49,483 nucleotides of DNA from the NCBI GenBank assembly GCA_964459315.1, contig CAYWMH010000001.1:1-49483 (forward strand), in the 5' to 3' direction. The notes beneath the pieces are model-generated. The model did no database searches, was not told the origin of the DNA, and saw only the letters and a program-made list of their open reading frames with translations. This document shows, piece after piece, positions 1 through 8,735 of the stretch; positions within the stretch are counted from its first letter, which is position 1, and every line of letters starts with the position of its first letter. Origin of the DNA: an uncultured Verrucomicrobiota bacterium (GTDB lineage: Bacteria > Verrucomicrobiota > Verrucomicrobiia > Limisphaerales > UBA1096). Made by a program: the position numbers and the translations under genes.

Positions 1-216
1 GTTGAGTTCAATCCACTCCTGCTGATCCTCCGGCACATTGTCCTCGGCGAAGATAGCCTCCACCGGGCACTCCGGCACACAGGCATCGCAGTCAATGCAG
101 GTGTCCGGATTGATCAATAACTTATCAGGTGCCTCATGAAATGCCTCTACCGGGCAAACATCCACGCAACTGGTGTAAACACAATCTACGCAAGCTCCTG
201 TTACTACAAATGCCAT
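1..216 (-). CDS. fdxA: 7Fe (FdxA-type) ferredoxin; C-terminus runs off the left window edge
   Basis: Not in the ORF track because there is no stop codon in the window. My translation of the reverse strand from ATG 216..214 is MAFVVTGACVDCVYTSCVDVCPVEAFHEAPDKLLINPDTCIDCDACVPECPVEAIFAEDNVPEDQQEWIELN. It has the Cys clusters C-x2-C-x4-C-x3-CP and C-x2-C-x2-C-x3-CP, and it is colinear with Azotobacter-type ferredoxin I as I remember it. Confidence 0.85.
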   Translation of the reverse strand, partial: MAFVVTGACVDCVYTSCVDVCPVEAFHEAPDKLLINPDTCIDCDACVPECPVEAIFAEDNVPEDQQEWIELN

Positions 217-262
217 AATCTAATCGTTTTTCTTCTTTGATGACATTAATGCCAACGCGGGC

Positions 263-290
263 AGTATAGATTGCTTTTAAAGGGAGACAA
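263..290 (-). promoter_or_regulatory. Possible sigma70-like promoter for fdxA in an AT-rich intergenic region
   Basis: The intergenic region 217..345 is about 34% GC by hand count. On the minus strand there is TTGTCT (290..285), a 16-nt spacer and TATACT (268..263), about 46 nt upstream of the fdxA ATG. PVC promoter consensus is poorly known. Confidence 0.3.
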
Positions 291-345
291 GAAATCATTT
301 TATAATGCAAACGGGTCTCAATATCAATTTATTGTGACTAATCGG

Positions 346-3249
346 CTAGTCGATGTAAACGAACTCGTTAGCGTTAAGCAGGACTCGGCATAAGCCGTTG
401 AGGGCAGCGTCCGCGTCGGCCGCCTGTCCCAGCAGACGGCCGAAATACCGGGACTCCTCTGAAGTTGGCGGACGGCCAAGTACCAGCCGACAGGACAGGC
501 GCACTTTTTCCTGCACGCTCCCCCCGGCCTCGCGCTGGATGCGCCTTGCCAGGGCGGCGGCTTCCTCGTTCACGAAATCGCCGTTGAACAGCGACAACGC
601 CTGCAGCGGCGTGACGGAGGTGCGGCGGCGAGGCCGCGACTCGGCGCACACCGTCGAGTCGAACGCCTGCATGAACGGCATGTTCAGCGTGCGCTGCTGG
701 TAGATGTAAATACTGCGCTTGCGGCCGGCTTGGTCGAGCTGCGTGTCCCACTTGTTCTCGGAGTACTTCACCGTCTCGGCGATGTCGCCCGGCAGCGGCG
801 GGAAAATCGGCAGGCCATACAGCTCCGGGTTCAACCGGCCACTCACCGCGAGCACACTGTCGCGGATCGCCTCGGCGTCGAGCCGCCGCCGCTCGTAGCG
901 CCACCACAGGTGGTTCAACGGATCGATAGCTGCAGCCGCCTCGTTTTTCTCCATCGACGACTGGCGATAGGTGCTGGAGGTGACAAGCATGCGGTGCATT
1001 GATTTCAGGCTCCAGCCGCTGTCGACGAAGCGCGAGGCCAGCCAGTCGAGCAATTCCGGGTGCGTCGCGCCACCGCTGAGTTTCCCAAAGTCGCTCGGCG
1101 TCCGGACGATGCCGCGGCCAAAGTGCCGGTACCACAAGCGGTTCATCATCACGCGCGCCGTGAGCGGGTTGTCCCGGCTGGCGATCCACTGTGCCAATGC
1201 CATGCGACGGCTGCGCGTGGGCCAACGCTTGAACGGATCGAGCCGAATGGGAGCCGGATTCGAGTGGCCGGCGATGATGCCCGGGAACCCGGCCTTCACC
1301 ACCGGGCCGTGGTTGTCGTACTCGCCGCGCAGCTTGACGGTGGTAACCGGCACACCCGGCTCGTACGGAGGCCCGAACGAATGCCGCAGCGACATGGCAA
1401 CCGGCTTGAGCCGCTTGATGTGCTGCTTGACGAAGCGCTCCCGGTTCTCCAGCCGATAAAAGAGATCCCGCTCGTTCTTAGTGAACAAATCGTTGGAGTA
1501 GTCGTAGATTTGGTCACGCAGTTTGGTTCCCTTGGCCGCGGCCGGATTGATGAACGTCCCGAGCATCGCGCCGGCACCGCCGACCTCGAATCCGTATCCC
1601 TCGCCGGTGTGGTCGGCGGAAAACACAACCACGACCGTGCCGGCTTGGTCGTCGAGGAACTCGGCCAGGTCGCCACGGGCGAGGTCTCCCCGCAGAAAAC
1701 TTTTGTCGAAATACAATGCCGGCGCTTGGCCAAGCCGCGCGAGCCGGGGCTGCCGACTGACCTCCGCTTGGCCAAGCGCGGTCTTCGTGACCTTGTCCAC
1801 CCAGACGCCGATGCGGTCGCCGTCGCCCGGGTTAGGAGTCTCAGCGTTGGCGTCCAGGTCGGCGGCGTCGAGCCAAAACCGCAGCCCGTCTGTGGGTAAC
1901 TCGGGCACCGCCCCTTCGCCGTAATACTTGGCCTTCACATAACGGTCCAGCGCGCCAAGTTCGCTGCCGTTCAGCGGACGGCCGTAAATCATTACCTCCG
2001 CGAACGCTCCCTTGTGGCCGGCGTTTTTGGGCTGGCCGGTGCCCTCGGTATAGTCGCCGAGGCTGACGTACTCCGGCTTGGGAAGATCGCCGTACCATTT
2101 GCCGTTGTTCGCGCCGCTCTTGCTGCCCAGCGAACCGGCCGGTTTCCCGTCGGTGAAAAACGACCAAACCCTGCCATCGGTCGACGCGACGGCGTAATGC
2201 GGCTGGCCGTCGGTCACGTTCGCGGTGTCGTAAAGATAGTCGTTGCCCAGGCCGCCGCCGTAAACCTGCAGGCCGAACCCGGCATCGCGCCTGGCGATGC
2301 GCGGCTCCAGTTGCCTCGTCAACTCGGTCAGTTTCGACTTGGCCTCGCCGGCCTCACGCTGCAGTCGGGCACGCTTGTCGTTGATCAACGCTTCCTCATG
2401 GGCGCGATAAAACCGCGCTGACAACGGTCCGCCGATCTGGAAGCCGTCGCCACGCTCGGGCGGCGGGAGCTGCACCGTCGAGAAGAACGCCTGCATGCGG
2501 TAGAAGTCCGCGATCGGGATGGCGTCATGCTTGGTGTCGTGGCAGTGCGCGCAGCCCATCGTAAGCCCGAGAAACACGGAACTGACCGTCGAGGTCATCT
2601 CGCTGAGCAGCTCGTGCCGGGAACGGTCGCCGCGCGGCTCGGTGAACGGCGCAAGCCGCAGAAACGTAAGCGCGACCGTGCGTTCGGCGTCCATCCCCGG
2701 CAGTTCGCCCGCGCCCATGATCTCGTTGAACTCGTCGCCGGCGATCTGCTCGCGGATGAACAGGTCGTACGGCTTGTCGCGGTTGAGCGAGTCGATGACG
2801 TAGTCGCGGTAGCGCCAAGCGTGCGGCATGTCGGGGTCGCCCTCGTAGCCCGCGGTGTCTGCGTACCGCGCCAGGGCGAGCCAGTGGCGTGCCCACCGTT
2901 CACCGTAGCGCGGAGCGTTGAGCTGCCGGTCGACGAGCCGTTCGTAGGCAAGCGGGCTGCGGTCGTTGACGAAGGCGTCGGCGACCTCCGGCTCCGGCGG
3001 CACCCCGAGCAGGCCGAAGTACAGCCGGCGCACCAGCGTGCGACGCTTGGCCAAGGGTGCCGGCTCGATGCCGCTGGCCTCCAGCCGGGAGAGGATGAAC
3101 GCGTCAACCGGGTTGCTGACCCAGTTGGTGTTCGTCACTGCGGGGGGGGCGCCCGGGGCAACGGGTGTGAATGGCCAACGCTTGGCGTGATCCGCGAGGC
3201 CAAGCACACCCAACAACAGCGTGGCGGCGATGGTTGAAGCAAATCGCAT
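346..3249 (-). CDS. PSCyt2 (DUF1549) / DUF1553 domain protein with a central lectin-like (LamG-like) insert
   Basis: ORF 346..3381 is trimmed to ATG 3249. That start gives a signal-like MRFASTIAATLLLGVLGLA and avoids overlap with the divergent neighbour. DUF1549-type motifs: NPVDAFILSRLE, RYGERWARHWLALARYADTAGYEGD, GCAHCHDTKHD. DUF1553-type motif: NPLTARVMMNRLWYRHFGRGIVRTPSDFG. The LamG-like call for the middle part is tentative. Confidence 0.9.
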   Translation of the reverse strand: MRFASTIAATLLLGVLGLADHAKRWPFTPVAPGAPPAVTNTNWVSNPVDAFILSRLEASGIEPAPLAKRRTLVRRLYFGLLGVPPEPEVADAFVNDRSPLAYERLVDRQLNAPRYGERWARHWLALARYADTAGYEGDPDMPHAWRYRDYVIDSLNRDKPYDLFIREQIAGDEFNEIMGAGELPGMDAERTVALTFLRLAPFTEPRGDRSRHELLSEMTSTVSSVFLGLTMGCAHCHDTKHDAIPIADFYRMQAFFSTVQLPPPERGDGFQIGGPLSARFYRAHEEALINDKRARLQREAGEAKSKLTELTRQLEPRIARRDAGFGLQVYGGGLGNDYLYDTANVTDGQPHYAVASTDGRVWSFFTDGKPAGSLGSKSGANNGKWYGDLPKPEYVSLGDYTEGTGQPKNAGHKGAFAEVMIYGRPLNGSELGALDRYVKAKYYGEGAVPELPTDGLRFWLDAADLDANAETPNPGDGDRIGVWVDKVTKTALGQAEVSRQPRLARLGQAPALYFDKSFLRGDLARGDLAEFLDDQAGTVVVVFSADHTGEGYGFEVGGAGAMLGTFINPAAAKGTKLRDQIYDYSNDLFTKNERDLFYRLENRERFVKQHIKRLKPVAMSLRHSFGPPYEPGVPVTTVKLRGEYDNHGPVVKAGFPGIIAGHSNPAPIRLDPFKRWPTRSRRMALAQWIASRDNPLTARVMMNRLWYRHFGRGIVRTPSDFGKLSGGATHPELLDWLASRFVDSGWSLKSMHRMLVTSSTYRQSSMEKNEAAAAIDPLNHLWWRYERRRLDAEAIRDSVLAVSGRLNPELYGLPIFPPLPGDIAETVKYSENKWDTQLDQAGRKRSIYIYQQRTLNMPFMQAFDSTVCAESRPRRRTSVTPLQALSLFNGDFVNEEAAALARRIQREAGGSVQEKVRLSCRLVLGRPPTSEESRYFGRLLGQAADADAALNGLCRVLLNANEFVYID

Positions 3250-3350
3250 CGTCGTTTCTGCTTTGACAGAAGCTAGACGCGCCCGGACAGAATTGCAATC
3301 GTACAGTTGAAGCATTGAAAACCGCACGGAATCGCGTACGTTCCCGGCAC

Positions 3351-6300
3351 ATGACAAGGCCGTCCACAAACCGGAACCCATGCGCCTCGCGCCTTTTTGT
3401 GCGCGCGGTGCTATGGCTGCTGGCTCTGTTTTTTGCCGCCCCGCTTGGGCAAGCGGTGACGCTGGTTGATTACGGTTCGGACTGGAAACTGTGGCGCGGC
3501 CGCAAGACCCCCAGCCGCCCCGACTACTGGGCCTGGACCAAGGCGGCCCATGACGATTCCGACTGGGAGACCGCGCAGACGCCGGTGTTCTTCGGCGAGA
3601 AAGTCACCGGCGGCACCGAGTTGGAGGACATGAAAAGCCGCTACAACTCGTTTTTTCTGCGGCGAAAATTCCACGCCCCCAACCCGGGGACGGTCACCTC
3701 GATGACCCTCCGGGCCAAGGTGGACGACGGGTTCGTCGCCTACATCAACGGCACCGAGGTGGCGCGGCACAATGTCGAAACCGCAAAACCCAAGTACAGC
3801 TCGGCTGCCTCCAAGGCGGCGTCGGAGCCGTTGCGCTTCCGCAACCACGCGCTGAAGAGCCCAGGGGAGTTTCTTGTCGGGGGCGAAAACACGATTGCCG
3901 TGATTGTGCTCAACCAGCGGCGCACCAGCCCAGACGCATTGTTCGACGCACGCCTCTCCGCGGTATCGGTCGAGAGCGTCCCGCCCAAGGTGGAATCGGT
4001 CGATCCACCAGCCGGACTAGCCTCGAACCTGAGCCGCGTCCTCGTCACCTTCACGGAGCCAGTCACCGGCTTGGACGCCGCCGACCTGCTGGCGAACGGC
4101 GTGCCGGCCCAATCGGTCGAGGGCGGCGGCCGGACCTGGCTGTTTCAACTCGGCAGCCTGCCCCAGGGCAAGGTGCGCCTCCACTGGGCCAACGGCCACG
4201 GGATTGTTGACCAGGCGCAGACCCCCAACGGGTTCCGCGCCACCGCCACGGGCAACCGCTGGAGCTACACCCACGCCGACGACAATCCGCCATACGTCAA
4301 GCGCACCAACCCACCGGCAGGACTCGCGGTGAAGTCGCTCGACGCGATTGAGGTGGAGTTCAGCATGAACGTCAGTGGCGTGGATGCCAACGACCTCCGG
4401 ATCAACGGTCAGCCGGCCCAGAGCGTGACAAGGATCAGTAACAGTCGCTACTCGTTTGCACTTGGCCAAAAGCCCAGTCCCGAGGTGAAAATCTCCTGGA
4501 ACCCGGACGCCGGCATCACCGGCACGAACCCGTTCAAGAAAGCCTTCCTGCCACTTGGCTGGTTTTACCGCGTAGACCCCAACGCGCCGCCGCCGCCGCG
4601 CATCGTGATCTCCGAGATCATGTACCACCCGATCGAGGAGCCGGAATTTGACAAGCGCGGCAAACCAGTGCTCGACCTGTCGGAGGATGTGCATGAGTTC
4701 ATCGAGTTGCACAATTTTAGCCGCGAGACGGTCGCACTGGACAACTGGCGGATCAGCGGCGGCATCGACTACGCCTTCCCAGCGGGAACCAAGGTCGAGA
4801 GCGGCGGATACCTGGTTGTGGCAAAAAGCCCCGGGCGTCTTGCTGCCATCAAGGAATACCGCCTGACCGGCATTAAGGTTCTGGGTCCTTACGAGGGCGT
4901 GCTCAGCAACAACGGCGAGCGCATAAACGTAGAAAACGACGGCGGTAACGCCGAGGACAGCGTTCGTTACTCGGCTCAATTCCCCTGGCCTATGGGCGCG
5001 GACTCGATCGGTGCAGGGCCGAAGTGGACCGGAATCGACCCGATGCAGTACCAGTACCGCGGCAGGTCGCTGGAACGAATCAATTTCTCATTGCCGGGGA
5101 GCGATCCAGCCAACTGGGTCGCCTCGACCCTCGAGAAAAACGCCACGCCCGGTCGGCCGAACCACATCGCGCGCATGCGCTCCATGCCGTCGCCCATCGT
5201 CACCTCCATCCGCGCAGTCGACCACACCGGGGACACCCTGATCAGCAAAGTGGACACCGCCACCATCGAGGCCAAGTTCTCCACCAACGAGACGCTTGCC
5301 GGCGTCACGCTTGAGTATTTTTACGACAATCTCGAAAAGGAGGGGGAGACCTTGGCCAAGCGGGACATGAAACTGAAGGACGGCGCCTGGACGCACACGC
5401 TGCCGAAGAAACCGGACCGGACGCTGGTGCGCTATCGCATTCTGGCCGACCTTGGCCAAGGGCTGAAACAGGTTTCTCCGCGCAAGAGCGATCCATACCA
5501 GTGGCACGCCTACTTCGTGATGCCAAAGTTCAGCGACACACGAAAATACTTCGAGCTGCTGGTATCTCGAAAAGGTATCAGCCAACTGTCCAAAAACGCG
5601 GCGGCCAACCCGCGCAGCGGCTATCGCCCTGCAAAAAACATCAGGCCGCGCGGTCCGTGGAACGACACCGTGCACGGCATCCTCGTTTACAACGGCGAGG
5701 TGCGCGACGTGTACGCTCGTTGGAACGGCAGCTTCTTCCGCCGGAACGCCGGCCGCAACTCATGGAAGGTGCGCCTGCCCCGCTACAACCAGTTCGACGG
5801 CCAGAGCGACCTGCTGTTCATGGACAAGGACAACGTTACTGTGGCTGGACATACGCTGTACCGCGAGCTTGGCCTGCCGACCTCGCACACCGAGTGGGTC
5901 GATGTCGCCATCAACAAGCGCAAGATGCGGCGCCTGATGGTGGAGGATCACAACGATCGTTTGCTCGAAAGATACCATGAGGACCAGGCCCGCCGGAACC
6001 CCGGCACCGAGGTCGAGCCCAACGGCCACATCTTCAAGTCGAGTGGGATCCTGCAAAACCTCGGCCCGTACGGCCGGGGCGACGGCAGCAAGCTAGGCAC
6101 CAACGACGGCTGGACCGCGCTGAAGCGGTACGAGTGGATTTACTCCTCCAAGAACCAGGACTGGAAGGGGCACACCGAGCTGAAGGAAATGATCGATGGC
6201 CTCGCCAAGAACCGGAGCAACCGCACCCGACTCAAACAATGGTTCGAGGCAAACTGGGACATGGAGTCGCTCATGAGCTACATCGCGGTGCGCAACTGGA

Positions 6301-8729
6301 TGGGCACGTGGGATGATACGGTCCACAACTTCTATATTTGGCGCCGAGCCGATGGCCGCTGGGCGCTGTTACCGTGGGACTTCGACAACGACATGCGGAA
6401 CGACTACATCAGCCGGTCCATCTTTATCGGCGAGGCCGGAAACCCCAACACCACCCACGGCACGCACCCCATCAAGGACGCGTTTTTCAAGGCGTTCCGT
6501 ACCGAGTACAAGGAGCATCTTTACTACCTGAACAACACGCTGCTCACGCCGGAGAATCTCCGCCGCATGGGCCTGATCAGCTACACCTCGTTTGCACGCG
6601 GCCGCCAGTCCAACGTCAACAAGCAGTGCGGCAAGGTGAAAATCCCGAGCCAGCCATCGGCCCTGCAGATGACCGGCGGCGGCTCCGTCTACGCCCCAGC
6701 GTCAATGGTGGTGTCGGCGTTCAAGAGCACCGAGAAGGCGACCACCCACGCCGAGACGATCTGGGAAATCCGCACCGCCGACGGCTCGTTCACCTATCCC
6801 GTTTTCAAGGCGAGGACGGCGGAACAGTTGACCGAGATGCCGGTGCCGTTTGAACTGCTCGAGTTCGGGCGCACCTACTTTTGGCGGGCCACCTACATCG
6901 ACTCCGCCGGCCGCAAATCGCTGCCCAACACCGAGGCCGGCTTCCGCTACGGCGGCCACGCCCGGTCGGAGGATCTCGTTTCCCTCACCGACACGGAATG
7001 GAAATACAACGCCGACGGCAAAAACCTCGGCACGACCTGGCGCAAGGCCGAGTACGACGACTCCGCTTGGCCAAGCGGTAAGTCGTACCTGGGCCGCGCC
7101 ACCTCACGCCAAAAATACAAGATGGCCACCACTCTCAAGATGGGGGCGACCACGTTTTATTTCCGTAAAAAGTTCACCTTCGAGCCGCCTCCCGGCGGCG
7201 GTGAGCTGCAGATCCGCTACCTCGTCGATGACGGCGCGGTGTTTTACCTCAACGGCAAGCAGATCCACCGCGTGAACATGAAGGAGCGCGGCAGTATCCG
7301 CTACACCACGCGGGCGTTGAGTGCCGTAACCGACGCGGAGTTGAGCGGGCGCATCACGCTCCCCGGCAATTCGCTGAAGCAAGGCGAAAACATCATTGCG
7401 GTAGAGGTGCACCAATACTCGACCAACGACCGGGACCTCGCCTTCGGCATGAGCCTGAGCGCCACCGTCGAGAGCCTGCCTGACGGCGTCATCCTCAACG
7501 AGTTGATGGCCGCCAACCGCGGCTCGGTACCGCACGCCGGCACCAACCCCGACTGGATCGAGTTGCACAATCCGACCAACCGCGACATCGACCTCGATGG
7601 CGCCGGCCTTGGCGACGGGGTCACCCTCGAGCCGTCGTTCTTTTTCCCTGCACAGACCATCCTGCCGGCTAAGGGGCACCTCGTCGTCTGGTGCGATGAC
7701 CAACAGGAGGCGCCCGGGCTGCACACCGGCTTCGCGCTCGATGCCGACGGTCAAAACATCGCGCTGTGGTGGCCAAGCGATGAGGGGCTGGTCATCCAGG
7801 ACGCCGTTGGCTTCGGCCCGCAGGCCGCCGACCTCTCCATCGGCCGCGAACCGGATGGCCTGGGCCCATGGACACTCACCACCCCCACCCCCGGCTTGGC
7901 CAACGACGCGCCAAGCCTCGGCAGCGTCAAGTTGATCGTCATCAACGAATGGATGGCCCGGCCGGAGAACGGCAGCGACTGGCTAGAGCTGTTCAACAAG
8001 TCGACCCTCCCGGTCCCGCTCGCCGGGTTGAAGCTGAGCGACGACCCGTCCCAACCGGACAAGACCGTCCTGCCGCCGCTCTCGTTCATCGGCCCCGGCG
8101 GCTTTCTGCGTCTGGCCGCCGACAACGCCCCCGCCGACGGGCCGACCCACCTTGGCTTCCGCCTGAGCGGCAGCGGCGAGGAGAGCGTCCTGACCGACGC
8201 CAAAGACAAGGAGATCGACTCGGTGCTTTTCGGCGAGCAGACCCGCGGTGCCTCCGAGGGACGCTACCCCGACGGTGCCAAGTCGATCGTCTTTTTCCCG
8301 AATAGCCCCACGCCGGGCCGGGCCAATCTGATCCTCGGCGACGCCGACAAGGACGGCCTGCCCAACCTTTGGGAGGCCCAGTACGGCCTCAACCCCAACG
8401 ACCCGGCCGATGCCGGGCTGGACCCGGATCGCGACGGCCACACCAACGTTGAGGAATACCTCGCCGGCACCCGGCCCGACGACGACACCAGCGTACTGGC
8501 ACTAGCCATGACGCTGCATGAACAAACCGTGACCGTCTCGTTCGAGGCGCAGGCCGGTCGCGCTTACGTACTGTGGAGCACCGCCGACCTCGGAGGCGGC
8601 GACTGGATCAAGGTGCAGATGTTCTCGGCCGGGGAATCCAAGCGCACGATCACCTACGGGATTCCCGCCGAGCACCGGCCGCTGCCCGGCGGCTACTACC
8701 GGCTCACGATCCCGGCGGCGATCGACTGA
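3351..8729 (+). CDS. Giant secreted CotH-family (kinase-like) protein with three lamin-tail domains, Ig-like and galactose-binding-like modules, and C-terminal TSP3-type Ca-binding repeats
   Basis: The track ORF starts at TTG 3315. I prefer ATG 3351, which gives MTRPSTN... followed by the hydrophobic LWLLALFFAAPLG. LTD motifs: ISEIMYHP...HEFIELHNFS, VILNELMAAN...DWIELHNPTN, IVINEWMARP..DWLELFNKS. CotH core: NSWKVRLPRYNQFDGQSDLLFMDKD...WDFDNDM. Two Ig-like repeats (PPKVESVDPPAGL... and PPYVKRTNPPAGL...). Two similar beta-sandwich modules ending DDGFVAYINGTEV and DDGAVFYLNGKQI. TSP3-like DADKDGLPNLWE..DPDRDGHTNVEEY. Confidence 0.85.
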   Translation: MTRPSTNRNPCASRLFVRAVLWLLALFFAAPLGQAVTLVDYGSDWKLWRGRKTPSRPDYWAWTKAAHDDSDWETAQTPVFFGEKVTGGTELEDMKSRYNSFFLRRKFHAPNPGTVTSMTLRAKVDDGFVAYINGTEVARHNVETAKPKYSSAASKAASEPLRFRNHALKSPGEFLVGGENTIAVIVLNQRRTSPDALFDARLSAVSVESVPPKVESVDPPAGLASNLSRVLVTFTEPVTGLDAADLLANGVPAQSVEGGGRTWLFQLGSLPQGKVRLHWANGHGIVDQAQTPNGFRATATGNRWSYTHADDNPPYVKRTNPPAGLAVKSLDAIEVEFSMNVSGVDANDLRINGQPAQSVTRISNSRYSFALGQKPSPEVKISWNPDAGITGTNPFKKAFLPLGWFYRVDPNAPPPPRIVISEIMYHPIEEPEFDKRGKPVLDLSEDVHEFIELHNFSRETVALDNWRISGGIDYAFPAGTKVESGGYLVVAKSPGRLAAIKEYRLTGIKVLGPYEGVLSNNGERINVENDGGNAEDSVRYSAQFPWPMGADSIGAGPKWTGIDPMQYQYRGRSLERINFSLPGSDPANWVASTLEKNATPGRPNHIARMRSMPSPIVTSIRAVDHTGDTLISKVDTATIEAKFSTNETLAGVTLEYFYDNLEKEGETLAKRDMKLKDGAWTHTLPKKPDRTLVRYRILADLGQGLKQVSPRKSDPYQWHAYFVMPKFSDTRKYFELLVSRKGISQLSKNAAANPRSGYRPAKNIRPRGPWNDTVHGILVYNGEVRDVYARWNGSFFRRNAGRNSWKVRLPRYNQFDGQSDLLFMDKDNVTVAGHTLYRELGLPTSHTEWVDVAINKRKMRRLMVEDHNDRLLERYHEDQARRNPGTEVEPNGHIFKSSGILQNLGPYGRGDGSKLGTNDGWTALKRYEWIYSSKNQDWKGHTELKEMIDGLAKNRSNRTRLKQWFEANWDMESLMSYIAVRNWMGTWDDTVHNFYIWRRADGRWALLPWDFDNDMRNDYISRSIFIGEAGNPNTTHGTHPIKDAFFKAFRTEYKEHLYYLNNTLLTPENLRRMGLISYTSFARGRQSNVNKQCGKVKIPSQPSALQMTGGGSVYAPASMVVSAFKSTEKATTHAETIWEIRTADGSFTYPVFKARTAEQLTEMPVPFELLEFGRTYFWRATYIDSAGRKSLPNTEAGFRYGGHARSEDLVSLTDTEWKYNADGKNLGTTWRKAEYDDSAWPSGKSYLGRATSRQKYKMATTLKMGATTFYFRKKFTFEPPPGGGELQIRYLVDDGAVFYLNGKQIHRVNMKERGSIRYTTRALSAVTDAELSGRITLPGNSLKQGENIIAVEVHQYSTNDRDLAFGMSLSATVESLPDGVILNELMAANRGSVPHAGTNPDWIELHNPTNRDIDLDGAGLGDGVTLEPSFFFPAQTILPAKGHLVVWCDDQQEAPGLHTGFALDADGQNIALWWPSDEGLVIQDAVGFGPQAADLSIGREPDGLGPWTLTTPTPGLANDAPSLGSVKLIVINEWMARPENGSDWLELFNKSTLPVPLAGLKLSDDPSQPDKTVLPPLSFIGPGGFLRLAADNAPADGPTHLGFRLSGSGEESVLTDAKDKEIDSVLFGEQTRGASEGRYPDGAKSIVFFPNSPTPGRANLILGDADKDGLPNLWEAQYGLNPNDPADAGLDPDRDGHTNVEEYLAGTRPDDDTSVLALAMTLHEQTVTVSFEAQAGRAYVLWSTADLGGGDWIKVQMFSAGESKRTITYGIPAEHRPLPGGYYRLTIPAAID

Positions 8730-8735
8730 CCGTTA

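Noticed and set aside
2540-2560. The CAHCH motif in the PSCyt2 domain (GCAHCHDTKHD), treated as proof of a heme c site and therefore of a cytochrome annotation.
   Set aside because: The motif is a family signature of DUF1549/PSCyt2 proteins. Heme attachment has not been shown by the sequence alone, so the gene is left with a domain-level name.
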